The notes beneath the pieces are model-generated. The model searched no databases. It was not told the origin of the DNA and was given only the letters and a program-made list of their open reading frames with translations. A stretch of DNA of 64,000 bases. Origin: the human T2T-CHM13v2.0 reference genome, Homo sapiens. Positions 50,201 through 62,562 of this stretch are shown in pieces. Positions within the stretch are counted from its first letter, which is position 1. The number at the start of each line of letters is the position of its first letter. The DNA is taken from the NCBI RefSeq assembly GCF_009914755.1, contig NC_060940.1, one strand, 5' to 3'. The position numbers and the translations under genes were made by a program.

Positions 50201-53200
50201 CTGCATGCCGGCCGCAGAGCATGAGGGTCGGGTGGCGGGTGGATCCTGCTCTTCCAGGCCCTGGGCCAGCAGTCCCCACCCGTGTGTGGTTCTGTGGCCG
50301 AGGCAGGTCCTGGGGTGTGGTGGCAGCTCACGCCTTCACCCGCGGGAGCTCCTCCTCGTACGTGGAGGGGCCCTGGAGGCTGAGCATTCAGTGCACACCT
50401 GCCTGGGGGACACACGCAGATGGCGGGCGCCGACTTCAGATGGTCTGGAGTCCGGCAGACCCTAGACCACAGCCCATGGCCCCTTGGAGGATGGGGAGGG
50501 GAGGTACTTGGGCTGGTGGCCAGAGGAGGGCAGGTTACACTCTCGTCTCTGCTCCAGTGAGGCCTTGTGGGCCCAGACCCAGAGATGGAGTGGGGCTGCC
50601 CTGCCCAGCCCTTCATCAGTGTCTCAGCCTGAGGCCAGGCAAGGAGTAGACCACAGAGGCCCAGCCACGTGCTGCGCCAACTTGGGAGCTCCAGGGGGGC
50701 GGGCCCTGCCAGGCACCCAGTTGGGATGTGGGGGAGCCATCTCAGCTTCATACCCACTCCTGGGGGCTGCCTGGCGCGACCGCGTTGCTGAGGAGGAGGT
50801 TAGTCAGTGGCCTGCCCCGAAGGCCTGCTCCAGCCCAGGCCTCCTGGCCTAGCCAGCTCCCCAGGGAGCTGCATCTCACCTAGAACAGGGTCCTTTTCCT
50901 GAGAGAGTCCCCCTTCTCCAGTCTTATGTGAGCCCTGCCATGAGGCAGGGCCAGCCCCATCTTCACATGAGCCGTGGGCCCCCAACTTCTACCCTACACT
51001 TGGCCACCTAGGAGGAGAATGGAGTCTGCAGGAGCCAGGAGCGCCGGGCGGCCCTCCTGCCCGGCGCTCATGGCCGCCCTCCCCGCAGAGGCCCAGCGCC
51101 GGCCCTACTATGCCGACTACTCGCCCACGCGCCGCTCCATTCACTCGCTGTGCACCAGCCACTATCTCGACCTCTTCATCACCTTCATCATCTGTGTCAA
51201 CGTCATCACCATGTCCATGGAGCACTATAACCAACCCAAGGTGGGTGCGAGGGGGCCGCGAGGGGCCCAGGGGCTGGGGCACCCCCAGTGGGGCAGCCAA
51301 CACAGTGGGCACAACCCTGGACCGGCGCTCCGCTGAGCCCTCGCTGGGGTTTGCGTGGGGATGTGGGGTTTTGTGTGAACACGGGTCTTTTAATGTTGAT
51401 TGAAACTCCCCTCCCCCTGTCCTTGGGGCCCCTCCCCAACCTGGCCGTGAGTGTCCCACCCAAGGAGGGGCTGGCGGGAGGTGAGTGTCCCACCCAAGGA
51501 GGGGCTGGCAGGACGTGAGCATCCGACCCATGGGGAGGGGCGGGAGCCAGGCAGGCCTGAGGTGGAGTTTTTCTTTATTCGGGTCCCCCTGCATCCTCTC
51601 CTTTCCTCAGCGGAAGGACTTCGTCCTCCCAGCCTTTTAGAAGAAGGAGGTAGCCTCTGGGTAGCAGTAAGCTTTTGAGGCTGAACAGACTCAGCTCTAT
51701 GGAAAGCGTTTTGTGTGGAGCCGAGGATGGCCGTGGCCAGAGGCCAGGAGCCTGGGCTGGGAGGGGCAGGATCTTCCCTCTCCGGAGGTTCGTCCTCAGA
51801 GGGTGAGGGGCTCCCAGGTCCATCTGGGCAGTACCTCCCAGCCCAGCCCAGGCTGCATACCGTCGGTGCTCAGAGTTGGGCCCTGTGAGCCCATGTCCCC
51901 ATGTCCCCGAGGTGCTCAAGTCAGTAGAAGACAGGGTGGGAGGTCAGGACACTGCCATCGGGGTGCACAGACGGCTGCAGGGTGTGAAATGGGCTGGGGG
52001 CTCAGGGTGGCTTCCTGGAGACAGTGGCATTCAGCTGGTCTTGTGGATGCTGGGAGGGTACCTTTCACTCATTCACCTGATCAGACACTTACGGAGCACT
52101 TCCTGTATGCTGGGCTGGAGGAGGGCCGAAGAGGCTCCCGGTGCCCAGGGAGGAGCTACTGAGCTGACCTGGGAGCCTCCAGGGCCGGCCAGCGGGGGCA
52201 CTCGGGCGTGCAGAGTGGGAGCCAGGGGGAAGAGGGGTGGCCCCAGCCCCACCTCAGCCAGCCCGACCCTCCACCCCCAGTCGCTGGACGAGGCCCTCAA
52301 GTACTGCAACTACGTCTTCACCATCGTGTTTGTCTTCGAGGCTGCACTGAAGCTGGTAGCATTTGGGTTCCGTCGGTTCTTCAAGGACAGGTGTGTGTGG
52401 TGGGGCCGTCTTGGGTTCTGGGGGCCCCTCAGGGCTCTGGGGGCTGGGGGCAGGTGAGGCCGCAGGCTTTCCCACGGAGGTCTGCAGAAGCAACGCTGCT
52501 GAGCCGAGGCGGGGACCCCAGACGTGTGCGCTGAGCCTCCGGCCACACAGGTGGAACCAGCTGGACCTGGCCATCGTGCTGCTGTCACTCATGGGCATCA
52601 CGCTGGAGGAGATAGAGATGAGCGCCGCGCTGCCCATCAACCCCACCATCATCCGCATCATGCGCGTGCTTCGCATTGCCCGTGGTAGGTGCCCGCGTGC
52701 CCGCCAGGTTCTCTCTGCGGATGGAGGGTGGGGGCTCAGCCATGGGTGGGAGTGAGGGGCGGGGCGGCCAGGGTCCCCGCGCAGCAGGGAGGGTCCGCCC
52801 AGCCCTGCTGACGCTCAGCTCCCGGCCCTAGTGCTGAAGCTGCTGAAGATGGCTACGGGCATGCGCGCCCTGCTGGACACTGTGGTGCAAGCTCTCCCCC
52901 AGGTAGGTGGAGCCCGCGCCATCCTCAGCGCAGGCCCCCGGAAGACGGGGTTGCAGGGAGCGCCTCGCCGTCCCCCTCTCCCCCTCACTCGTTTCTCTGG
53001 TCCCTCGGTTGTGTGGTGGCTGAAGCTGCGTCCCTGCTGTGTGCAGTGCATGGCTTGGCTGGGCTGGCAGAGGTGGATCCAGCCGCTGCCCTCTGGCCTC
53101 AATCCTCTGGGCAAGACTCATAACCGGGGCCCCCTCCCCGGTGCACTTCCAGAGGCGGGGGCCGTGGAGAGCCAGAGGGATGCAGGCAGAGGGCAGCAGG

Positions 53201-56200
53201 TGGCCAAGGTGGGTGTGTGTGGGCACAGGAATACACCCAGGATGCAGGCGTCGGCTGCGGGCCCGGGGCCCCCTCGGAGCCCACATGGGCCCAGCCTCCC
53301 TGCTTCCTGTGCCCCTGGCCCCTGCCCAGATCCTTTCTGTCCTCCAAGGCCAAGAGACCCAACACGTTGTCCCGTCCGTAGCCTCTAGTCCACCTATCCA
53401 ACCCCCGTGTGTCCGTCCATCCACCAGCCCAGCCATGTTCCCAGCCACCCCCAACCCCCACGGCTGCCTATGCACCCGGCACCTCCTCCTGTTCCCACCC
53501 ATTTCCTGTCCCTGCGCCATCTGTCACTTGCCCCCTGCCTGTCTTCTGCCTCCCACCTCAGCTGTCCCCACTCACCCTGTCCTCAGCGGCGTGCCTAGCT
53601 TCGTCCAAGTAACACTCCCGAGGGCCAGGTACCACTCCACCAGGTGCTCAGCTGTGCAGAGAAGGGGCGTGGCGTAGGACAGGCCTGGCCAGCCTTGGAG
53701 GGTGCGCCGCCCAGCGGGGCAGTGTGTGCAAATGCTGGGGCTGGTGGGTGGCTCACAAGAGAGCCGTGGCAGGGGAGGGGTGAGGCCCAGGCCCACCTGC
53801 CGGGACCCCTCAGTCAGCTGCGTGCTGGCCTGGGCCCCGCCATGGGATCTCTGAGGTAGCCGCTGAACAGGGCGGGCCAGAGCCCCCAGGAAGAGCATGC
53901 TAGGCCTTGGGGAACCTGCTGGGCAGAGTGTGGAGTGGGCTCTGGGCCAGAGGCTGATGCTCAGGGGCAGGGCAGAGGAAGAGAGAAGCCAGTGCGGGCC
54001 AGCACAGAGGGGTGGGCTCTGTCTACCTGGTGAGGTCATGGTGCCCCGAGAGGGGCATGGGGCTGAGGAACAGGGGTCCCCGCCCAGCTCTGGGAACTTG
54101 CTTCCACTTGGCTCGGGCCCGGAGCACCTGGAAGAAGGTGGGCAGGTGGGGTCTGGTGGCCGAGGCGCCGAGTGCCCTGCAGGGTGGGCTGAGGCCTCCC
54201 TGCCCGCCCGTCTGACCCAGCTCTGCTTCTCTCTTGTGTAGGTGGGGAACCTGGGCCTTCTTTTCATGCTCCTGTTTTTTATCTATGCTGCGCTGGGAGT
54301 GGAGCTGTTCGGGAGGCTGGGTGAGTGGCTCCTGCGCCCTCCTCCTGGCACACATGGGGTCCTGACAGGCGCCCCTGTGCCCATCCACTCACACGCAGGC
54401 ACATGCTTGCAAATAGCGTGGGGCCTGATCAGGGCCACACGCCTCCTGGGCGTCCTCACCCGGCCCTGCTTCCGGAGCCTTTTCTGCACGAGGCCGAGTC
54501 TCGTGTTGACGCAGAGGCATGTGCCCAGGCTTGTGACACGTGTGCGGACGTGCACACAGCAACACAGACACAGGGATGCCTGCCACACGTGAGGGGAAGC
54601 AAGAACACCTAGAGACGTGCACACACAGACATCTGGAAACACACGCCATGCCCAACGTCACATGGTCCCAGGAGACAAATGTTGGCTGTCTCCCCTTACC
54701 TGGTGGCCGTAGCCTCCTGAGGCCCCCACCCAGGCCTCAGCCTCGGCCCAGGCTGGGCGGGGCAGGTGGGGACCCTCCTTAGACGGCCCAGCCCTGCCCC
54801 TGCCGGGTTCCACTTCAGGCAGCCCAGTCCCTGCAGGGCCCTCCCCCGGGCCCTGTCCCGACGGTGGGTGTGGCGTTGCCACAGTCCAGTGTCTGTCCAC
54901 CAGGTAAGCTTGATTTTGGTCAGCCGGCGCCTACTCATCCCCCGCCACGCGCAGTCACAGACACACACAATAATGATTCTTCCATGGCAGCCGCCAGGCC
55001 TGATGAGCCCCAGCCCAGGTGCGGCAGCAGGGGCCTCGGCCCAGGGGCTCCGACCTCACACCCAGGGTCACCCTCTGCCAGGCAGGGCGAACCGCCAGGG
55101 CCTCGTCATCCACATCCTCCGGGCTATCCTGCCTCTGGGCTCCCCAAGGGGCATGTGGAGGCTGGGTGCATGTCCCGCCTCCACCCGGAGCGGGCTCGGC
55201 TGACCGGGCGGGGTCTCCCTCCCCGCAGAGTGCAGTGAAGACAACCCCTGCGAGGGCCTGAGCAGGCACGCCACCTTCAGCAACTTCGGCATGGCCTTCC
55301 TCACGCTGTTCCGCGTGTCCACGGGGGACAACTGGAACGGGATCATGAAGGTACCCGCCGCGGCCATGCCTCTGGCACCTGGCAGCCCCAGCGGTTTTTC
55401 AGGCTCTCCCAGGAACGGGTCGGATCCGTCCTTGCAGGGCAGGGGGAAGGGGACGGCACTGCCAGGGTGGCACCCGCGGGTGGGTGTGGACCCCGGCCCA
55501 CAGCTGTCCCCCACCGCAGGACACGCTGCGCGAGTGCTCCCGTGAGGACAAGCACTGCCTGAGCTACCTGCCGGCCCTGTCGCCCGTCTACTTCGTGACC
55601 TTCGTGCTGGTGGCCCAGTTCGTGCTGGTGAACGTCGTGGTGGCCGTGCTCATGAAGCACCTGGAGGAGAGCAACAAGGAGGCACGGGAGGATGCGGAGC
55701 TGGACGCCGAGATCGAGCTGGAGATGGCGCAGGGCCCCGGGAGTGCACGCCGGGTGGACGCGGACAGGCCTCCCTTGCCCCAGGAGAGTCCGGGCGCCAG
55801 GGACGCCCCAAACCTGGTTGCACGCAAGGTGTCCGTGTCCAGGATGCTCTCGCTGCCCAACGACAGCTACATGTTCAGGCCCGTGGTGCCTGCCTCGGCG
55901 CCCCACCCCCGCCCGCTGCAGGAGGTGGAGATGGAGACCTATGGGGCCGGCACCCCCTTGGGTATGGTAGCCAGCAGGAAGATATGGGCTGGGTGGGAAG
56001 CAGGACAGGGAGGAAGATGGGGGCAGGTGGGAGGGAGGATGGGGTCAGGCCAGAGCAGGGCAAGAGGAAGGATGGGCGGGAAGGAGGATGGGGGCAGGCA
56101 GGAGGGAGGATGGAGGCCAGATTGAGGAGGCTGGGTGTGGGCAGGTGAGAGAGAGGACGGGTCGGGCTGGGGCTGGCCAGGAAGGAGGATGGTGGCAGGT

Positions 56201-58304
56201 TGGGGGAGGACGGGGGTGGGTGGCAGCTGGGCAGGAAGGCAGGGGCAGAGCTGCCAGCTTAGATTCTTCCCTGCCCCAGGCTCCGTTGCCTCTGTGCACT
56301 CTCCGCCCGCAGAGTCCTGTGCCTCCCTCCAGATCCCATTGGCTGTGTCGTCCCCAGCCAGGAGCGGCGAGCCCCTCCACGCCCTGTCCCCTCGGGGCAC
56401 AGCCCGCTCCCCCAGTCTCAGCCGGCTGCTCTGCAGACAGGTAGGAGAAGCCGTTGGCCTGCAGCAGAGGCTGGCGGGGATGGGGGGCTTGCAGGGATGC
56501 CTCGTCTCATCTGAAGGACCAGCAGACGAGGACAAGGCAGGAGGAGGGTCGCACTGGGTCCTTGGGGCTCCGAAGGTTTCTGCCTGCTGCTTGGTGGATC
56601 TTGGAGCATTGGGCCCAGGTGCGTCTTCAGGCCTGTGAGCCTGTGGCTACAGAGCTCTTGGCTACAGGGACCTGAGTCTTCTTGGACCCACAGCTTCAGG
56701 CCCCACGGTGGGCAGACAGCGGTTTCTCAGGTCCCGTGGTGGGCAGACAGCAGTTTCCCAGGGCCCACGGCGGGCAGATGGCAGTTTCTCAGGCCCCATG
56801 TGGGCATGGGTCCCGTGGTGGGCAGACAGCGGCTTTTTCAGTCCTGGCTTGTGTTCAGATGTCCCAGCCTTGCCCACCTGCAGCCTCAGCTCCTCTTCCT
56901 GCCCTTTCCTACCTCTTGCTGCCCAGTACAAGACGCCTGTACCGCACAGGAGCAGTTAGGAGAGCCCCATCCTGGGGGTGCCCAGCTGGGCTGCTGATGT
57001 CCAGGGGTGGGGAGGTGGCCTCAGCCTCAGCTCTGTGCCCCTGGGGGCCATGGCATCTCTGCCCACAGAGCAGCGGGTACAGGCTTTCCCCGGGAGCCTC
57101 ACAGGTCAGGAGTGAGACTAGGACGTCCACACCAGCGGCTTCCAGCCCCATCTCGAGGGTCAGGAGCCACCCAGGGGACCTGCCCAGTTTGGCCTCTCCA
57201 GTACCTGGATGGTGAGGGGTCTCCGAGCCCTGGCCACTGACAGGGCTCTCCCAGGGCCCCGCCCCTCACTTTGACTCTACGCCCCCACAGGAGGCTGTGC
57301 ACACCGATTCCTTGGAAGGGAAGATTGACAGCCCTAGGGACACCCTGGATCCTGCAGAGCCTGGTGAGAAAACCCCGGTGAGGCCGGTGACCCAGGGGGG
57401 CTCCCTGCAGTCCCCACCACGCTCCCCACGGCCCGCCAGCGTCCGCACTCGTAAGCATACCTTCGGACAGCGCTGCGTCTCCAGCCGGCCGGCGGCCCCA
57501 GGCGGAGAGGAGGCCGAGGCCTCGGACCCAGCCGACGAGGAGGTCAGCCACATCACCAGCTCCGCCTGCCCCTGGCAGCCCACAGCCGAGCCCCATGGCC
57601 CCGAAGCCTCTCCGGTGGCCGGCGGCGAGCGGGACCTGCGCAGGCTCTACAGCGTGGATGCTCAGGGCTTCCTGGACAAGCCGGGCCGGGCAGACGAGCA
57701 GTGGCGGCCCTCGGCGGAGCTGGGCAGCGGGGAGCCTGGGGAGGCGAAGGCCTGGGGCCCTGAGGCCGAGCCCGCTCTGGGTGCGCGCAGAAAGAAGAAG
57801 ATGAGCCCCCCCTGCATCTCGGTGGAACCCCCTGCGGAGGACGAGGGCTCTGCGCGGCCCTCCGCGGCAGAGGGCGGCAGCACCACACTGAGGCGCAGGA
57901 CCCCGTCCTGTGAGGCCACGCCTCACAGGGACTCCCTGGAGCCCACAGAGGGCTCAGGCGCCGGGGGGGACCCTGCAGCCAAGGGGGAGCGCTGGGGCCA
58001 GGCCTCCTGCCGGGCTGAGCACCTGACCGTCCCCAGCTTTGCCTTTGAGCCGCTGGACCTCGGGGTCCCCAGTGGAGACCCTTTCTTGGACGGTAGCCAC
58101 AGTGTGACCCCAGAATCCAGAGCTTCCTCTTCAGGGGCCATAGTGCCCCTGGAACCCCCAGAATCAGAGCCTCCCATGCCCGTCGGTGACCCCCCAGAGA
58201 AGAGGCGGGGGCTGTACCTCACAGTCCCCCAGTGTCCTCTGGAGAAACCAGGGTCCCCCTCAGCCACCCCTGCCCCAGGGGGTGGTGCAGATGACCCCGT
58301 GTAG
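32118..58304 (+). CDS. CACNA1H: Voltage-dependent T-type calcium channel alpha-1H (Cav3.2), spliced CDS, 5'-truncated by the window (33 exons, exons 3-35)
   Basis: Four repeats with S4 motifs ([49 protein letters not shown]) and pore loops TLEGW/TQEDW/SKDGW/TGDNW (EEDD = T-type). Poly-His I-II loop and C-terminus ...GGGADDPV*. Exons sum to 6763 nt, consistent with a 2353-aa protein lacking its first 299 coding nt. Confidence 0.99.
32578..32711 (+). CDS. CACNA1H: CACNA1H exon 4 ([10 protein letters not shown]...FFIVVAG)
   Basis: cgcag|GCC ... GG|gtaggc; 134 nt. Confidence 0.95.
33072..33169 (+). CDS. CACNA1H: CACNA1H exon 5 ([12 protein letters not shown]...RVPS; IS3-S4, DGH metal-binding motif)
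   Basis: cccag|CATG ... CCTA|gtaagt; 98 nt. Confidence 0.95.
34325..34450 (-). mobile_element. MIR fragment
   Basis: ACTGTGTGACTCTGAGCAAC..CTGAACCTCAGTTTCTCC. Confidence 0.5.
35761..35920 (+). CDS. CACNA1H: CACNA1H exon 6 ([13 protein letters not shown]...DSAFVR)
   Basis: cacag|GCATG ... TCAG|gtgccc; 160 nt. Confidence 0.95.
36133..36952. repeat. VNTR, 48-49 bp unit, ~17 copies (degenerate copies back to ~35955)
   Basis: CATGGCTCCGCCCACCGTGCGGTCGCTGCACATATGCCCCACCCCCAT repeated. Confidence 0.97.
37692..38007 (+). CDS. CACNA1H: CACNA1H exon 7 ([11 protein letters not shown]...AWIAIFQ)
   Basis: cccag|GAAC ... CAG|gtgggc; 316 nt. Confidence 0.95.
38152..38244 (+). CDS. CACNA1H: CACNA1H exon 8 (VITLEGW...; domain I pore Glu)
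   Basis: cccag|GTG ... ATC|gtgagt; 93 nt. Confidence 0.95.
39099..39888 (+). CDS. CACNA1H: CACNA1H exon 9 (IS6 and proximal I-II loop with poly-His)
   Basis: cacag|GTG ... CATG|gtgagg; 790 nt. Confidence 0.95.
40555..40850. mobile_element. MER33-like hAT-Charlie non-autonomous DNA transposon, diverged
   Basis: Collinear with remembered consensus: CTTGAATTGTGG..AGTCC, TAACTTCGCCTGT, TGTGGCTGCT, TTATATTTCTGTGGA. Confidence 0.5.
40960..41370 (-). mobile_element. MaLR LTR (MLT1-like)
   Basis: CTCTGGAGGCCAG..CTTCCTCTGGAGGCTCTAGGGGAGAA..GTCTTCACATGG..CTGCAAAGA..GGGGGACACATT. Confidence 0.7.
41446..41894 (+). CDS. CACNA1H: CACNA1H exon 10 (distal I-II loop, IIS1)
   Basis: cgcag|GACTG ... CAG|gtgcgg; 449 nt. 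Confidence 0.95.
42183..42388. repeat. Minisatellite, 42-bp G-rich unit, 5 copies
   Basis: AGATCAGTGCCGGGGAGGGGTGGGAGCC at 42186, 42228, 42270, 42312 and 42354. Confidence 0.97.
42423..42574 (+). CDS. CACNA1H: CACNA1H exon 11 ([11 protein letters not shown]...IIVVIS)
   Basis: tgcag|CCC ... TCAG|gtgggt; 152 nt. Confidence 0.95.
43413..43598 (+). CDS. CACNA1H: CACNA1H exon 12 (IIS4-S5)
   Basis: cgcag|CGTC ... TCAG|gtgggc; 186 nt. Confidence 0.95.
43740..43800. mobile_element. L2 3'-end fragment
   Basis: TTCATTTG..AAGCACTGATTG..CCTACTGTGTGCCA. Confidence 0.45.
44310..44427 (+). CDS. CACNA1H: CACNA1H exon 13 (ILGMHLFG...IVTVFQ)
   Basis: ctcag|CATC ... CAG|gtagtg; 118 nt. Confidence 0.95.
44584..44739 (+). 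CDS. CACNA1H: CACNA1H exon 14 (ILTQEDW...EGFQAE; domain II pore and S6)
   Basis: cccag|ATC ... GAG|gtgagg; 156 nt. Confidence 0.95.
45079..45169 (+). CDS. CACNA1H: CACNA1H exon 15 ([12 protein letters not shown]...LQTT)
   Basis: tttag|GGC ... ACAG|gtgcgt; 91 nt. Confidence 0.93.
45322..45530 (+). CDS. CACNA1H: CACNA1H exon 16 ([11 protein letters not shown]...QKPP)
   Basis: cgcag|AGCTG ... CCG|gtaggg; 209 nt. Confidence 0.93.
46341..46721 (+). CDS. CACNA1H: CACNA1H exon 17 (ASLRSSP...DDDSED; II-III loop)
   Basis: cccag|GCC ... GAC|gtgagt; 381 nt. Confidence 0.94.
47344..47444 (+). CDS. CACNA1H: CACNA1H exon 18 (SCCLRLHKV...SPQNR)
   Basis: cacag|AGC ... CCG|gtgagg; 101 nt. Confidence 0.94.
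47679..47802 (+). CDS. CACNA1H: CACNA1H exon 19 (IIIS1)
   Basis: cccag|GTTC ... ACC|gtgagt; 124 nt. Confidence 0.95.
47892..47960 (+). CDS. CACNA1H: CACNA1H exon 20 (IIIS2)
   Basis: ggcag|GAG ... AAG|gtaccg; 69 nt. Confidence 0.95.
48096..48280 (+). CDS. CACNA1H: CACNA1H exon 21 (IIIS3-S4)
   Basis: cgcag|GTG ... GAG|gtgggg; 185 nt. Confidence 0.95.
48477..48603 (+). CDS. CACNA1H: CACNA1H exon 22 (IIIS5)
   Basis: tccag|GGTC ... CAG|gtgtgt; 127 nt. Confidence 0.95.
48790..48915 (+). CDS. CACNA1H: CACNA1H exon 23 (LFKGKFYYC...FDNLGQ)
   Basis: gtcag|CTC ... CAG|gtgggc; 126 nt. Confidence 0.95.
49025..49114 (+). CDS. CACNA1H: CACNA1H exon 24 ([14 protein letters not shown]; domain III pore Asp)
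   Basis: ctcag|GCC ... CAG|gtgcgc; 90 nt. Confidence 0.95.
49255..49447 (+). CDS. CACNA1H: CACNA1H exon 25 (IIIS6, start of III-IV linker)
   Basis: cacag|CCT ... AGGA|gtaagg; 193 nt. Confidence 0.95.
49820..49837 (+). CDS. CACNA1H: CACNA1H exon 26, 18-nt alternatively spliced microexon (STFPSPE, III-IV linker)
   Basis: Strong pyrimidine tract tctccttgtctttccag|GCACTTTCCCCAGCCCAG|gtaccg; frame-preserving, phase 1 on both sides. Confidence 0.9.
51089..51240 (+). CDS. CACNA1H: CACNA1H exon 27 ([10 protein letters not shown]...YNQPK; IVS1)
   Basis: cgcag|AGGCC ... AAG|gtgggt; 152 nt. Confidence 0.95.
52064..52118. mobile_element. L2 3'-end fragment
   Basis: TTCACTCATTCA..CACTTACGGAGCACTTCCTGTATGCTGGGC. 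Confidence 0.45.
52281..52390 (+). CDS. CACNA1H: CACNA1H exon 28 (IVS2)
   Basis: cccag|TCG ... ACAG|gtgtgt; 110 nt. Confidence 0.95.
52551..52684 (+). CDS. CACNA1H: CACNA1H exon 29 (IVS3-S4)
   Basis: cacag|GTGG ... CGTG|gtaggt; 134 nt. Confidence 0.95.
52832..52902 (+). CDS. CACNA1H: CACNA1H exon 30 ([23 protein letters not shown])
   Basis: cctag|TGCTG ... CAG|gtaggt; 71 nt. Confidence 0.95.
54242..54320 (+). CDS. CACNA1H: CACNA1H exon 31 (IVS5)
   Basis: tgtag|GTG ... CTGG|gtgagt; 79 nt. Confidence 0.95.
55229..55350 (+). CDS. CACNA1H: CACNA1H exon 32 ([10 protein letters not shown]...[11 protein letters not shown]; domain IV pore Asp)
   Basis: cgcag|AGTGC ... AAG|gtaccc; 122 nt. Confidence 0.95.
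55520..55961 (+). CDS. CACNA1H: CACNA1H exon 33 (IVS6, proximal C-terminus)
   Basis: cgcag|GAC ... TTGG|gtatgg; 442 nt. Confidence 0.94.
56280..56440 (+). CDS. CACNA1H: CACNA1H exon 34 ([12 protein letters not shown]...LLCRQ)
   Basis: cccag|GCTCC ... CAG|gtagga; 161 nt. Confidence 0.94.
56685..56842. repeat. Short imperfect minisatellite (~30-bp unit, 4-5 copies) in the last intron
   Basis: GGTGGGCAGACAGCGGTTTCTCAGG-like units. Confidence 0.75.
57291..58304 (+). CDS. CACNA1H: CACNA1H exon 35, coding part ([10 protein letters not shown]...GGGADDPV*)
   Basis: cacag|GAG; open frame to TAG at 58302-58304; 1014 nt. Confidence 0.95.
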
Positions 58305-59080
58305 CTCGGGGCTTGGTGCCGCCCACGGCTTTGGCCCTGGGGTCTGGGGGCCCCGCTGGGGTGGAGGCCCAGGCAGAACCCTGCATGGACCCTGACTTGG
58401 GTCCCGTCGTGAGCAGAAAGGCCCGGGGAGGATGACGGCCCAGGCCCTGGTTCTCTGCCCAGCGAAGCAGGAGTAGCTGCCGGGCCCCACGAGCCTCCGT
58501 CCGTTCTGGTTCGGGTTTCTCCGAGTTTTGCTACCAGCCGAGGCTGTGCGGGCAACTGGGTCAGCCTCCCGTCAGGAGAGAAGCCGCGTCTGTGGGACGA
58601 AGACCGGGCACCCGCCAGAGAGGGGAAGGTACCAGGTTGCGTCCTTTCAGGCCCCGCGTTGTTACAGGACACTCGCTGGGGGCCCTGTGCCCTTGCCGGC
58701 GGCAGGTTGCAGCCACCGCGGCCCAATGTCACCTTCACTCACAGTCTGAGTTCTTGTCCGCCTGTCACGCCCTCACCACCCTCCCCTTCCAGCCACCACC
58801 CTTTCCGTTCCGCTCGGGCCTTCCCAGAAGCGTCCTGTGACTCTGGGAGAGGTGACACCTCACTAAGGGGCCGACCCCATGGAGTAACGCGCCCGGCCCC
58901 GATGCGAATCAGGCCTCCCCTACATCTGGGGGCGTTGGCCGCGAGATTCCCATTGACACCTTTGTTTCGTGTGCTTTTAAATTCAGGTTAAATGTTGCAA
59001 TAATCTGATGCAGAAGACTCAGCTTCTCAAGGGAGAGGGAGGGGGCGGAGCGGAATAAATAGTAACTTATTTAAGAAATG
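58305..59080 (+). other. CACNA1H: CACNA1H 3' UTR (end approximate)
   Basis: Lies between the stop codon and AATAAA; cleavage site inferred ~10-30 nt past the signal. Confidence 0.75.
59054..59059 (+). terminator. Polyadenylation signal AATAAA of CACNA1H
   Basis: First AATAAA after the stop, in an AT-rich patch. Confidence 0.85.
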
Positions 59081-59097
59081 CACTTGGATTCCTGCCA

Positions 59098-62562
<3,465 letters not shown>

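Noticed and set aside
55965-56250. Purine-rich intron tract (triplex or G4 potential)
   Set aside because: Irregular low-complexity sequence with no clear mirror symmetry; common in GC-rich introns.
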